Virus record (IMG/VR): IMGVR_UViG_3300028591_000148
Location: 29,239-93,238 of that record
Source: a virus
Taxonomy: Duplodnaviria > Caudoviricetes
Direction: 5' to 3' (one strand)
Length of the DNA: 64,000 nt
The notes under the pieces were generated by a model. The model was not told where the DNA came from and did no database searches. It was given only the letters and a program-made list of their open reading frames with translations. Shown here piece by piece: positions 1-10,399 of the stretch (positions are counted from its first letter, which is position 1; every line of letters starts with the position of its first letter). The position numbers and the translations under genes were made by a program.

Positions 1-41
1 CAAGTTTGTTAGCCATTGTGTACCTCCTATGATTGTAAAAC

Positions 42-2474
42 TTATTTATTTTCGTTTAAGAACTTTCTTATATTAGAAACATTTTGAATCTTTTTAGGTT
101 GTCCATTATCAAACACAATTAGAGTCGGCGCTGATGTTATTCCATACATTTTTACAAGATCTGAATTTTCTTCAGCTAGAAGAACATCACAGTCGAATCC
201 AGCTTCTGAAATAAACTTTTTTGCCATTTTACAATTCGGACAAGTTGCTGTGGTGAATAATACCGGTTTTCTTGTTCCTGCTAAAATTGTTCTCACTGTT
301 TCTTCTATATTGACATCTTTTTCTTTCTGCTCCGGTAATTCTGTATAATCTGTTTTACAAGATTCACATTCATTATTAGTATCCGATAAAGACTCAGTGT
401 CTATTACATATTCTTTTCTGTCTGCAAATTCATGTGCTTTTCCATCATTAAAGTTTTGAACGGCTCTATAATAACCTGTTACTCTACTATACACTTCGGT
501 TGTCTTACCACATATAGGACAAGTCCATTCTTCTCCTTTAATATATCCGTGTTCTGGACAAATAGAATAAGTAGGTGAAAATGTAAAATAAGGTAGTTTA
601 TAGTTCTCTGCTATTTTTCTTGTTAGGTTCATAGCAGATTGCCAGTCTGGTAATTTCTCACCTAGGAAAGCATGGAATACGGTTCCAGATGTATATTTGG
701 TTTGTAAATCATCTTGGTGATCTAACGCTTCAAATATATCATCTGTATAACCTACTGGAAGGTGTGAACTATTTGTATAATATGGAGACCCATCTGTTTT
801 ATCTCCTGCTGTTATAATATTTGGATAATCTTCTTTATCGTGTTTGGCAAAACGGAATGCTGTGCTTTCAGCAGGAGTTGCTTCCAAATTAAATAACTCA
901 CCTTCGTACAGTTCTTGATAATCTGAAAGTTTATTTCTTATAAAGTCCAGTACTCGCTTTGTAAACTCGTATGAATTTTTATCGTCGATTCCTTTACCTA
1001 ACCAGGAGGCATTCATACAACATTCGTTCATACCTACTAATCCAATAGTAGAAAAATGATTATCAAATTTACCTAGGTATCTTTTTGTATATGGATATAG
1101 ATTTTGTTCTAGTAGCTGAGTTACCACGGTTCTCTTAATGTGTAAACTTCTAGCGGAAATGTCTAATAAATGTTTTAGTTTTGTAAAGAACTCTTCTTCT
1201 GTTTTACTAGTATATGCTAATCTAGGCATATTCAAAGTAACTACACCTATAGAGCCTGTACTTTCACCACTTCCAAAGAATCCTCCAGATTTACGTCTTA
1301 ACTCACGAAGATCTAAACGTAAACGACAACACATTGATCTAATGTCAGACGGATTAAGGTCACTGTTAATATAATTACTAAAATATGGGATACCATATTT
1401 AGCAGTCATTTCAAACAAAAGTTTATTATTGACAGATTCCGGATCCCAATCAAATTCTTTTGTGATAGAATAGGTAGGAATTGGATATTGGAAACCTCTA
1501 CCGTTAGCATCTCCTTCGATCATAACTTCCAGAAACGCTTTATTTATCATATCCATTTCACGTTTACAGTCTTTATATTTAATGTCTATTTCTTCTCCAC
1601 CTATGATGCAATTAAGTTCTGCTAAATCATCTGGTACTACCCAATCGAATGTAAAGTTAGTAAAAGGTGCTTGACATCCCCATCTAGACGGAATATTTAA
1701 TCCAAATACTAAAGACTGTATACATTGTTTTACTTCTTTATAAGAAAGATCATCCACTTTCACAAATGGTGCAAGATATGTGTCTACACTAGAAAATGCC
1801 TGCGCACCTGCCCATTCATTTTGAAGACAACCTAGGAAGTTTACCATTTGGTTGCACAACGTAAATAGGTGTTTGGCGGGTTTAGAGGTTATCTTACCGG
1901 GAACACCACCTAATCCTTCTTGAATAAGTTGTTTTAAGGACCAACCTGCACAGTAACCCGAAAGCATAGATAGATCGTGAATATGAATATCGCAATTTTT
2001 ATGAGCATTAGCAATTTCTTCATCGTATATTTCGGACAGCCAATAATTGGCAATAACAGCTCCAGAATTACCTAAAATGAGACCTCCTAAAGAGTAAGTA
2101 ACAGTTGAATTTTCTTTTACTCGCCAATCCGTATTCTGTGTATACTTTTCCACAGTTACCTTATAATCGAGTAAAGTTTCTTTTGCTTTTCTAGCATTCT
2201 CGTGTTGTTTTCTATATAGAATATAAGATTTAGCTACATCATCATAACCGAATGTCATTAGTGTTTTTTCTACTGCATTTTGGATATCTTCTACAGATAA
2301 GAGTCCTTCTTTAATTGTTTTTTCTGCTTCGGCTGTAGATCTTATTGTTATTAGTTCTATAATAGAATTCTGATATTCTCTATTACAGGATTTAAATGAT
2401 TTTACGATCCCTTCTGATATTTTTGATGTAGTGAATACATCAACATCTCCGCTTCTCTTTTTTACCTTATACAT
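42..2474 (-). CDS. nrdD: Anaerobic (class III) ribonucleoside-triphosphate reductase with N-terminal ATP-cone and C-terminal glutaredoxin-like domain
   Basis: VKKRSG ATP-cone; IHIHDL, GYC and SMCCRL catalytic regions; CPEHG..CPICG Zn site; YSRVTGY glycyl-radical motif; C-terminal CPNC..SAPTL thioredoxin fold. Confidence 0.93.
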   Translation of the reverse strand: MYKVKKRSGDVDVFTTSKISEGIVKSFKSCNREYQNSIIELITIRSTAEAEKTIKEGLLSVEDIQNAVEKTLMTFGYDDVAKSYILYRKQHENARKAKETLLDYKVTVEKYTQNTDWRVKENSTVTYSLGGLILGNSGAVIANYWLSEIYDEEIANAHKNCDIHIHDLSMLSGYCAGWSLKQLIQEGLGGVPGKITSKPAKHLFTLCNQMVNFLGCLQNEWAGAQAFSSVDTYLAPFVKVDDLSYKEVKQCIQSLVFGLNIPSRWGCQAPFTNFTFDWVVPDDLAELNCIIGGEEIDIKYKDCKREMDMINKAFLEVMIEGDANGRGFQYPIPTYSITKEFDWDPESVNNKLLFEMTAKYGIPYFSNYINSDLNPSDIRSMCCRLRLDLRELRRKSGGFFGSGESTGSIGVVTLNMPRLAYTSKTEEEFFTKLKHLLDISARSLHIKRTVVTQLLEQNLYPYTKRYLGKFDNHFSTIGLVGMNECCMNASWLGKGIDDKNSYEFTKRVLDFIRNKLSDYQELYEGELFNLEATPAESTAFRFAKHDKEDYPNIITAGDKTDGSPYYTNSSHLPVGYTDDIFEALDHQDDLQTKYTSGTVFHAFLGEKLPDWQSAMNLTRKIAENYKLPYFTFSPTYSICPEHGYIKGEEWTCPICGKTTEVYSRVTGYYRAVQNFNDGKAHEFADRKEYVIDTESLSDTNNECESCKTDYTELPEQKEKDVNIEETVRTILAGTRKPVLFTTATCPNCKMAKKFISEAGFDCDVLLAEENSDLVKMYGITSAPTLIVFDNGQPKKIQNVSNIRKFLNENK

Positions 2475-2514
2475 GGTAAATCAACTCCTCTTATATTTAT
2501 ATAAATAAAACAGA

Positions 2515-3279
2515 TCAGAATAATTTTCTTTTCTGTGTATTTACAACTTCTTCTATTCTTTCTTTTGCAATTCCAAAATAGTTAGTGTCTAATTCAATAC
2601 CTATAAAATTTCTATTGTTTTTTATACTAGCAATACCTGTGGTTCCAGAACCCATACAATTATCCAAGACAACATCATTTTCATCGGTATATGTTTTCAC
2701 AAGGTATTCTAATAAAGAAAGTGGTTTTTGTGTAGGGTGTAGTTTACCTTTTCTATTTGGAACAACATCAAATTCAAGCACATCGGAAGGATTAACAAAT
2801 TCTGGATCGTATTTTTTCTTATGTTTTTCTAATTCTACATGATTACTGTTACCACAATAATGATCGTAGTTGTAACAACTTTTTCCAATACCGACCCTAG
2901 GTTTTTTCTGTGGGTTGTATACTGGGTTTCCTTTTTGAAATACTAATATCTCTTCATAATATTTCATTGGTCTGTATTTCGCGCTAGTCATTCCTGTCGG
3001 AACATTTTTCTTCCAAATAAGTTTATATTTATAATCCTTCGGATTACTTTGATATGTTTTATATGTAAATAGTCCACTGGAGAATAAAATTATTCTAGAA
3101 TCTTGTTTTAAGATCCTATTGTATAGATTCCAAAGTTCTTCAAAAGGTATAATACTGTCCCAAGAACAACGTGTGGTTCCATAAGGTAGATCACAAATAA
3201 TGCAATCAATCACGTTATCAGGTATTTCTTTCATTATCTCTAAACAATCACCGTTGAACAATTTATAATCTTCTCTCAT
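2515..3279 (-). CDS. DNA N6-adenine/N4-cytosine methyltransferase (beta class)
   Basis: DLPY motif IV, HPTQKP, DNCMGSGTTG motif I. Confidence 0.9.
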   Translation of the reverse strand: MREDYKLFNGDCLEIMKEIPDNVIDCIICDLPYGTTRCSWDSIIPFEELWNLYNRILKQDSRIILFSSGLFTYKTYQSNPKDYKYKLIWKKNVPTGMTSAKYRPMKYYEEILVFQKGNPVYNPQKKPRVGIGKSCYNYDHYCGNSNHVELEKHKKKYDPEFVNPSDVLEFDVVPNRKGKLHPTQKPLSLLEYLVKTYTDENDVVLDNCMGSGTTGIASIKNNRNFIGIELDTNYFGIAKERIEEVVNTQKRKLF

Positions 3280-3516
3280 AATAACCTCCTCAACTCATTA
3301 AAGAGTTGTATTTTTTATTGTGTTGCTTATATAAATTGATAACACCTGAATTTGAATAAAATCAAGATCAATTTTTATTTCTACTTTTTATATAAAAATT
3401 GTTCTTCATGTTCTTACAATATTTTTTATTTTTGGTTTAGAAAATAACTATATATAGTAACTGTTATAAATTTATATTACTACATATTGTTTTAGGTGAC
3501 TATATTCTTCGTTTAT

Positions 3517-3546
3517 AGTATAACACAAAACCTCTACAAAAGTCAA
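3517..3546 (-). promoter_or_regulatory. Sigma-A-type promoter TTGACT-N18-TATACT, overlapped by a 16-bp inverted repeat (3529-3572)
   Basis: Minus strand TTGACTTTTGTAGAGGTTTTGTGTTATACT. Confidence 0.7.
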
Positions 3547-3609
3547 TAGGAAATCAGGACTTTTGTAGAGGTTCACATATATTATAATTTATTAACTTTT
3601 TCTGAGGGT

Positions 3610-3804
3610 TTACTTATAGTGAATAATCATTTTACCTTCCAAAAGACTGATAGTAGTTACGGTTCTATCCTTCTCCTCGTAGAAATAATCAGCATAATCA
3701 AACGATTCCGCTTTACGAATAGTACCTGTAACACCTTCCTGGAGAAATACAGGAATTTTAGAAGTTCCGTAATTAATCTTTTTCATGATATCCTTTACTT
3801 TCAT
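3610..3804 (-). CDS. Hypothetical protein
   Basis: 64 aa ORF with AAGGAGG RBS, directly after promoter 3846-3874. Confidence 0.7.
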   Translation of the reverse strand: MKVKDIMKKINYGTSKIPVFLQEGVTGTIRKAESFDYADYFYEEKDRTVTTISLLEGKMIIHYK

Positions 3805-3845
3805 ATTCGTAACCTCCTTTTATTATTGTGTTTTTTACTATATAT

Positions 3846-3874
3846 AGTATAACATATTTATAATGAAAAGTCAA
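3846..3874 (-). promoter_or_regulatory. Sigma-A-type promoter TTGACT-N17-TATACT
   Basis: Consensus match with TG extension. Confidence 0.75.
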
Positions 3875-3897
3875 GTGCTTTTGAAAAATTCATAATG

Positions 3898-3928
3898 AAA
3901 AACTCCACGAACTTATCGTGGAGTTTTT
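3898..3928. terminator. Intrinsic terminator
   Basis: aaaaactccacga-acttа-tcgtggagttttt hairpin with A/T tails, downstream of the MTase at 3960. Confidence 0.75.
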
Positions 3929-3959
3929 GTTTATATTACACGAAATACATATTACTATT

Positions 3960-4718
3960 TTAGAACAACTTTCTTTTTTCTTGTTTTCGAGTCGATTCAA
4001 TTCTATCCTTTGCAAGTCTAAAATACTCTTCATCGAGTTCAATACCAATAAAATGTCTATTCGTTTTCAAACAAGCTACTCCAGTACTGCCACTACCCAT
4101 AGTTATATCCAAAACCGTGTCATTCTCACTTGTATATGTTTTTATTAAATATTCTAGTAATTCTACAGGTTTTTGAGTTGGATGTATATGTGATGTTGGA
4201 GCATCCCTTTTAAATTCCAGAATTTCACAAGGATATCTTGTACCATCATCAACATAAGGTGTTACCTTAAGATTGTTACCGGATACGGATGTGGAAGAAC
4301 AACCTTTTGGACTATTTTTAACAGGTTTTCCATCGTATGGAACTTTTATAGGAGTATAGTTACATTGCTCTCCATAAAATACACAGATATTTTCAATATA
4401 TTTTCCAGGTCTTCTTTTCACTTGAAATATATTAGTAGGTCGTTCTTTTTTCCAGTACCAATCATATTTGTAGTTAGTAATATTACTTAATCTGAGTTTA
4501 CTGGCAAAGGGTTCCTGGGCAAAGACAACTATAGGACAATTTTTTAGACATACATCGTTCAGGTTAGTCCATAATTTTTCGAAATTCAAGGATTTATCCC
4601 ATTCTAATGGTGTTTGTCCATAGGGTGGATCAAATAAAACAAGATCTATTTTAGTACCTTTTAATCTAGGTAGAATGTTAAAGCAATCGTCATTGTATAG
4701 GGTTATTGTAGTTTCCAA
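3960..4718 (-). CDS. DNA N6-adenine/N4-cytosine methyltransferase (beta class), paralog of 2515..3279
   Basis: DPPY, HPTQKP, DITMGSGSTG motifs. Confidence 0.9.
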   Translation of the reverse strand: METTITLYNDDCFNILPRLKGTKIDLVLFDPPYGQTPLEWDKSLNFEKLWTNLNDVCLKNCPIVVFAQEPFASKLRLSNITNYKYDWYWKKERPTNIFQVKRRPGKYIENICVFYGEQCNYTPIKVPYDGKPVKNSPKGCSSTSVSGNNLKVTPYVDDGTRYPCEILEFKRDAPTSHIHPTQKPVELLEYLIKTYTSENDTVLDITMGSGSTGVACLKTNRHFIGIELDEEYFRLAKDRIESTRKQEKRKLF

Positions 4719-4786
4719 TAGTTATCAGCTCCGATCAGATTTTAACTAACTCGATTTGAGTAACTAACTAAGTGAATAATAAGTTC

Positions 4787-6988
4787 TTACTTGTTTTGAT
4801 TCTCATAGAACAGTTTTCTGTAATAAATAATATCTTTAGGCATATGTTCTCTTTCTTCTTTACTGTGTTCGCTATATAATTTCTTCATAAAATCGTAAAA
4901 CAAATTAGATTCAGGTGTTAGTAGTTGTCCGGTTTTATCGATATAACCTTTTCGTAATGTAATCATTGCTATTTTTCTCATATGTTTCCAATGATTGTAA
5001 TAATCGAGTTTAAGTTTTGTCATATAACCGACACTGTCCTCAATAACAAAACCTTCAATGACTCTACCACCAAAAGTATAATCAGGCTGTAAAACCTCAT
5101 TATACCAATCATAGAAATCAGACCAATTATTAATCACAAATGCTTTTGTTTTAACAGTTAATTCTAACTCTTTACCTACTTCTACTACTTCTTCGTAGTC
5201 GTGTTGTTTGAATTCAAGATCGTTATTGATAATGGAAAGTAGAAACAGCTCATTTTCTGGATATTCAATGATGTGTGGATCGTGTACTTGGTCTACACAT
5301 TCAAATACAAGAGTAACATTGTTTTCCTTACAATACTCTTTTACCCACTGTACCTTATCCTCTGACAATTTTTGGTAAAACATTATCTTTAACCATTCTG
5401 CATAGGAACCTACTGGACAGGACTTTGTGGTGATAAACAGATCATCTGTTTCTTCATTATATGAAACAAGACCCAGATATCCATTTTCCTTCACATAGCA
5501 GATAACTGGAAATTTAAGTTTGTATTGTAACATATCAAATTGAGTTTCCGGTCTTTCATTGATATTGAAAAACTTACTGTATCCACGACACATAACTTTC
5601 ATAGTATTTGTGTTAATGTATAATCCTCTTGCTACGATTGTTTGTTCATTCCAAATTTTATCATAAAAAGCATCTTTTGTAAAGTTAAAAGAGGAAATGT
5701 TACCATATTGTTTTTCCTGAATGTGTCTGTTCTTACGAAGTTTCATAACAGCATCTGCCATATCAGAATTGGTAATTGTTTTCTTTTCCTCGACCTCTTC
5801 AATAGGCTTGAATACTGTATTCTGAATAGTTACTTCATGGAACCCTTCTTTATCCAGTTCAACAATACGAAGACATCCACCGTGTTCTATCTTACCTTCG
5901 AGATTAAATGTTCTTTCCTCGATGCACATATCAGAGTATCTAATATTTCTGTGACCGTGAATTTGATACATATTAGATTCTGTATTTTCTTTCCAATATT
6001 TAGCAACGTCTTCATAATCTTTGTAATCACCTACACCACGAATCATTTGTTCAGTGGATATAAATGTCAGATTATCAGGCATTGTGGAAAGACCACCATG
6101 AGTTACTAGAACATCTTTCCCATCATATGTATACCAAGCACATTGACCGCATTTTCTGTAAAGTTGTCTAATGTCTTTCAAATCAATACCAGAATTTTGA
6201 AGTTGTTTTTTCGTTACAAATTCAAATTCTTTAGAATCAGCAATACCTTCATTGGCGTATATCCACAACCATCTTTCATGGTTACCCTCGAGAAGTAGTA
6301 CATTAGGTCGTTTTACAGCTTCGATAAAGAACTTTACAACTTCGGCATTCTCTAGTCCTCTATCAATAATGTCACCTACGAAGATATACATATAGTTATC
6401 GTTAAAACCATTTTTGAAGTATTCCATTAGGGCAGTATAACAACCATGAATATCTCCAATGTGTACGATCTTCTCATATTTATTCAAGTCGAACTTCTTC
6501 ATCCAAATAGTATCAAGTTCTTCCGGTTTAATAGCTTTAATACCTGCTGGAATTTTTTGAGTAGCGAATCTAGAATAAATATTCTCAAGTGCTGATTCTG
6601 GTACCCACTTGAACATAGGACGAAGTTTATTCCTTCTTTTACATTCTTCCAGTGGAACATCTGTCATATCAATACAATAGATTCTGTAACGATATGTTTC
6701 ACACATATCTTTATAACGGTTCATTTCTATTGTTTTACTATTTGTAGCATCAATGACAGTAAACTCACCGCGTTTCATTCTAGTTTCAAGGAGTTTGAAT
6801 AGCATAGACCATACATCTTTTTCATTTTTCTGACTAATTCCGTATGTTCCATTTACATTGAGTTGTGGTGTAGAACAAAGAACACGAATATCATCAGCAC
6901 AAAGAGTATACGGTTTAAGTCCATGTTCCTCAATAAATGTTGACTTACCACATCCAGGTGCTCCACGAAGTAAAAGTAGAACTCTCAT
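4787..6988 (-). CDS. Trifunctional RNA repair enzyme: polynucleotide kinase + metallophosphoesterase + RNA ligase
   Basis: GAPGCGKST P-loop with DATN; GDIHG/GDIIDRG/GNHE/HGH calcineurin-like motifs; KFFN, KENG, EGFV and K-x-K ligase motifs. Confidence 0.88.
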   Translation of the reverse strand: MRVLLLLRGAPGCGKSTFIEEHGLKPYTLCADDIRVLCSTPQLNVNGTYGISQKNEKDVWSMLFKLLETRMKRGEFTVIDATNSKTIEMNRYKDMCETYRYRIYCIDMTDVPLEECKRRNKLRPMFKWVPESALENIYSRFATQKIPAGIKAIKPEELDTIWMKKFDLNKYEKIVHIGDIHGCYTALMEYFKNGFNDNYMYIFVGDIIDRGLENAEVVKFFIEAVKRPNVLLLEGNHERWLWIYANEGIADSKEFEFVTKKQLQNSGIDLKDIRQLYRKCGQCAWYTYDGKDVLVTHGGLSTMPDNLTFISTEQMIRGVGDYKDYEDVAKYWKENTESNMYQIHGHRNIRYSDMCIEERTFNLEGKIEHGGCLRIVELDKEGFHEVTIQNTVFKPIEEVEEKKTITNSDMADAVMKLRKNRHIQEKQYGNISSFNFTKDAFYDKIWNEQTIVARGLYINTNTMKVMCRGYSKFFNINERPETQFDMLQYKLKFPVICYVKENGYLGLVSYNEETDDLFITTKSCPVGSYAEWLKIMFYQKLSEDKVQWVKEYCKENNVTLVFECVDQVHDPHIIEYPENELFLLSIINNDLEFKQHDYEEVVEVGKELELTVKTKAFVINNWSDFYDWYNEVLQPDYTFGGRVIEGFVIEDSVGYMTKLKLDYYNHWKHMRKIAMITLRKGYIDKTGQLLTPESNLFYDFMKKLYSEHSKEEREHMPKDIIYYRKLFYENQNK

Positions 6989-7143
6989 TTATTTTCCTCC
7001 TCTATTTTAATTCCGTGTGATTTAGCAAAATCATGAACCAGCTGTTCCAAAGATCTACTAGGTCCTCCTTTTTCTCTATCTTCGTATATCATATCAGTCA
7101 TAGTATCAGCATCCAATAAAGAAAGTACTTCTGAATATTTCAT
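6985..7143 (-). CDS. Small 52-aa protein missing from the ORF track (MKYSEVLSLLDADTMTDMIYEDREKGG...EEENK)
   Basis: AAGGAGG RBS, follows promoter 7178-7206, ATGA overlap with the RNA repair gene. Confidence 0.7.
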   Translation of the reverse strand: MKYSEVLSLLDADTMTDMIYEDREKGGPSRSLEQLVHDFAKSHGIKIEEENK

Positions 7144-7177
7144 AATTTATTCCTCCTTCCAGATATATTGTATATAT

Positions 7178-7206
7178 AGTATAACACAAAAAACACAAAA
7201 TGTCAA
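7178..7206 (-). promoter_or_regulatory. Sigma-A-type promoter TTGACA-N17-TATACT
   Basis: Consensus match with TG extension. Confidence 0.8.
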
Positions 7207-7228
7207 GTAGTCATTCATATTGTTAAAA

Positions 7229-7261
7229 TAAAAACTCCTATCTACTAGGATAGGAGTTTTT
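7229..7261. terminator. Intrinsic terminator
   Basis: aaaactcctat-ctactagg-ataggagtttt hairpin. Confidence 0.75.
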
Positions 7262-7268
7262 GTATAAT

Positions 7269-8531
7269 TTATACAAGTCTTGTTTGTGCTTTAATAGGTC
7301 CCCATATACAGGGTTCTTTACAGTGAATATTATTACATTTCATTTGCAATTCACCATCTCTAAAATGTCGTTTTAGTTGTCCTAGCATATAATTGGATTT
7401 ATCCCAATGTCTAGTAAATCTAAATAGATTATTTTTTATTGTTTCGAATGTTTCTAGCTGAACTCTTCCACATAACCTTTCATCACATTTACTCATAAAA
7501 TCACATATGTCACCTGTTTCTACAACATCTACCATTGTAGCAATAGGATATGTTTCTTTTACTTTATCCAAATCGTTTTTCCATTCTTGAATAACAGGTT
7601 CTGAATACTGTAAAATTTTAGGAACATAAAATTGTGGATTACTTGTTCCTTCGAAACACATATAATGATGTAAAGTTCTGTGTCTTTGTTGCTGTGCTAA
7701 ATCAGCAAAAGAAGATCTGTATTTAATAAGGTATACATCGTCATAATGTTCTTTAGCTTTATCTATACCGTAGCATGTTTGTTTGGCAAGAAATCTAAAG
7801 TTCCATCCTTTTTGTTCAACAATACATTCAGAATATAGATGTGCTTCTGTTATCTTATCGTATAATTCCTTTATACAGTCTAATATTTTACTATTAAAAG
7901 GTGTTCTCTTAAGGTCCAAACTAGCACCGTTATCGTCCCATACATCTATATAACTTTTACACCACTGTCTTATATAGCTCCACATTCTTAATGATGTTGT
8001 GTATGCCATAGTGGTTGTAGGTGCGAACACGCTTAAAACATATCTAGCATTTTCTAATGTTAATTTTTCTCTTAATTTATCATCAATAGGAATATTCCAT
8101 TTCTCGGCATATGTAGCAATAGCATCATTAAATATTTCTTTCCATTTTTCGTACAATTCATAATTCTTGAAATACTTCTTATGTGTTTCTTCGTCTCCGT
8201 TCATAACAGTATAACGACCACTTTTTTCTGACGTGTTGTAGAAACCAACACTATTAAGAATCATAGCTGTCATTTTAGGAATGTTCTCAAATAGAACTGT
8301 TACAAAGGCATGGTCACTTATACTATGATGACCTGTAGCAGCTACACGTTCAAATCTAGATAATGCTTTTTCATCATCTGTATATTTCGGGTCAAAATAA
8401 TTAGAGTTAAGATAACATATAGATGCCATGGAACCTGAAAACTTTCCTAGATCTTTAATGTTTTGTTCAGTTAAAGCAGTATAATTTGGATCAGTTACTT
8501 GATTCGGAGTTGCTAGAATTGTTAGTTTCAT
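7269..8531 (-). CDS. thyX: FAD-dependent thymidylate synthase (ThyX/Thy1), long tandem-domain type
   Basis: GHHSISDH, SEKSGRY, ENARYVL and QQQRHRT motifs; 420 aa. Confidence 0.75.
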   Translation of the reverse strand: MKLTILATPNQVTDPNYTALTEQNIKDLGKFSGSMASICYLNSNYFDPKYTDDEKALSRFERVAATGHHSISDHAFVTVLFENIPKMTAMILNSVGFYNTSEKSGRYTVMNGDEETHKKYFKNYELYEKWKEIFNDAIATYAEKWNIPIDDKLREKLTLENARYVLSVFAPTTTMAYTTSLRMWSYIRQWCKSYIDVWDDNGASLDLKRTPFNSKILDCIKELYDKITEAHLYSECIVEQKGWNFRFLAKQTCYGIDKAKEHYDDVYLIKYRSSFADLAQQQRHRTLHHYMCFEGTSNPQFYVPKILQYSEPVIQEWKNDLDKVKETYPIATMVDVVETGDICDFMSKCDERLCGRVQLETFETIKNNLFRFTRHWDKSNYMLGQLKRHFRDGELQMKCNNIHCKEPCIWGPIKAQTRLV

Positions 8532-8793
8532 TTGTTATTTCCTCCTGTTTATGAGATTCGCTATCTACTTTTATGTAAACATATTTAGAACAAAATGGGC
8601 ATTTTCTTCTATAAGTATTCACACCTTTTCCATTCACTATCGAATAATCAAAGAACTCGACATAGTCTTCATCCTTCTCTAAAGTAGCTTCAAAGACACA
8701 CCCACAAATTAAACATTCAAATCTATATGTATTCATATAAGATTTAGTGTTCTCTTGTAATTTATAAAGGGATCCATCTACGATGACTTTCAT
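8491..8793 (-). CDS. Zinc-ribbon protein
   Basis: CLICGC..CPFC; similar pattern to 14212..14424. Confidence 0.6.
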   Translation of the reverse strand: MKVIVDGSLYKLQENTKSYMNTYRFECLICGCVFEATLEKDEDYVEFFDYSIVNGKGVNTYRRKCPFCSKYVYIKVDSESHKQEEITNETNNSSNSESSN

Positions 8794-8797
8794 AAGC

Positions 8798-9043
8798 TTA
8801 CCTCACAAAATATTTAATATCCAAGATATGCTTTTCCACATTTTTAATATCTGCAAGATCGGACAAATCATAACTGACTCTTGCGTAGGCAACGAACATC
8901 GTGAATATAAAAGAACCTATTATCAATTCTTCGTAGTATTCTCCATCTGTCAACTCATTCGTTCTATATATAAATCGAATTATTTGTAGCATATAAAACA
9001 TCCAAAAAATGATACGAAGAATACAAATTCCTAATGCTATCAT
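8798..9043 (-). CDS. Small membrane protein
   Basis: Two hydrophobic segments; coupled to dcd. Confidence 0.55.
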   Translation of the reverse strand: MIALGICILRIIFWMFYMLQIIRFIYRTNELTDGEYYEELIIGSFIFTMFVAYARVSYDLSDLADIKNVEKHILDIKYFVR

Positions 9044-9576
9044 TTTTTATAATCCTCATATATTTTGGAACCTGTAGCACCTATCTGTCCTTGGTACTTT
9101 CCTCTATATGGATTGTCTGCAGGTTTATCCATACGGGCGAACACCAGTTGACCTACCCGTGTACCGGATTTGATGTTTATTGCCCAATTACTGGCGTTGA
9201 ATAATTCAAGTGTAATTTGTCCCTCAAATCCTGGATCTACCCAACCTGCATTCTGAATAAATAATCCTAATCTTCCAATAGAAGAACGGCCTTCTACAAA
9301 TGCAGTTAGGTCATTAGGAAGAACAAAGTACTCTTGAGTGGTAGCAAGAACAAATTGTTTCGGAAGTAGAAGATAGGATGTTTGTTTTGAAGTTGTATAT
9401 TGCAATGGTTCGTCTAGTTCTATAATACCACCATTAGGAACATCAGTTATTTTACTAAATGAATCTCCGATAGTGATGTCAACACTTGCCGGCTGAATAC
9501 TTTTATCGTCCGTTAGATTATGACATAGACCTTTATTCTCTATTAGATTCATTAGTGTATTATCAGAAAGTATCAA
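9040..9576 (-). CDS. dcd: dCTP deaminase
   Basis: QPASVD, EGRSSIGRLGL, AGWVDPGFEGQITLE, YRGKYQGQ. Confidence 0.93.
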   Translation of the reverse strand: MILSDNTLMNLIENKGLCHNLTDDKSIQPASVDITIGDSFSKITDVPNGGIIELDEPLQYTTSKQTSYLLLPKQFVLATTQEYFVLPNDLTAFVEGRSSIGRLGLFIQNAGWVDPGFEGQITLELFNASNWAINIKSGTRVGQLVFARMDKPADNPYRGKYQGQIGATGSKIYEDYKK

Positions 9577-10001
9577 AGTTTATCATCTCCTTCTGGATCT
9601 GCTAGCATTGAATGCCAATATACAATATCGAAACCATCGTAAGCTATTATTTTTTGACCTGTAGAGTTTTCTATCCAATCCCATGTTCTGCTATCTGAAT
9701 TAGGTTCTCTTCTTGCAATATAATGAGTTTTCTTTCCATCACAAGAAACCCCAATAGCATAAACATTCTGCCACAGTTCTGGAAGTTTATCCTCACACTT
9801 GTTCCATCTAGTATGATATAAGACCTCATCTTTACCGTCCACATAGCCAGATTGATATTGATTTCTATCGTAACTCAATGCTTTTAGTAATTCTTCTTTA
9901 CGAATGAAGAAACCAACTGACATAGAACATTCTTCGGTAAGTTTATCAATGAGTTGTGTTTCCATTTCAGTTCTGACAATATCAATAATTTCGTTGTACA
10001 T
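9573..10001 (-). CDS. Hypothetical protein with DUF551-like C-terminus
   Basis: WNKCEDKLPE...IVYWHSM pattern. Confidence 0.5.
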   Translation of the reverse strand: MYNEIIDIVRTEMETQLIDKLTEECSMSVGFFIRKEELLKALSYDRNQYQSGYVDGKDEVLYHTRWNKCEDKLPELWQNVYAIGVSCDGKKTHYIARREPNSDSRTWDWIENSTGQKIIAYDGFDIVYWHSMLADPEGDDKL

Positions 10002-10012
10002 ATTCCCTCCAA

Positions 10013-10399
10013 TTAAGCATCCAAAGTCGTAAATCCAAAGTTATTGTTCAGTTTCTCCATAGCATAACAGATAACATTTTCGAACATATCTTCTAGACAA
10101 TATTCCTCACATATGGGTAAATCTTCGTTCTCATATAAAACATACATTGGACAAGGTCCTTCTTTATTATCGACATATAATCTAAATAATTCTTGCTTCT
10201 CTAATGTAAAAACAAGAGTTAATATAAGTGAACTGTTATCTTTTGGAAATATTCCATCCACTTCCAAATTATCATAGTTTAATTCGTATTGTAGTGAATC
10301 TAAAAATCTTTGGTATTGTTCGTTTATTATTTGAAATAGTTGCCCCATTATTATAACTCCTTTCAAAGAGATAATATTTAATCGTCTACATATTCCCAT
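10013..10399 (-). CDS. Hypothetical protein (true start probably the internal MGQLF)
   Basis: ORF in the operon; AAAGGAG precedes the internal ATG. Confidence 0.55.
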   Translation of the reverse strand: MGICRRLNIISLKGVIIMGQLFQIINEQYQRFLDSLQYELNYDNLEVDGIFPKDNSSLILTLVFTLEKQELFRLYVDNKEGPCPMYVLYENEDLPICEEYCLEDMFENVICYAMEKLNNNFGFTTLDA

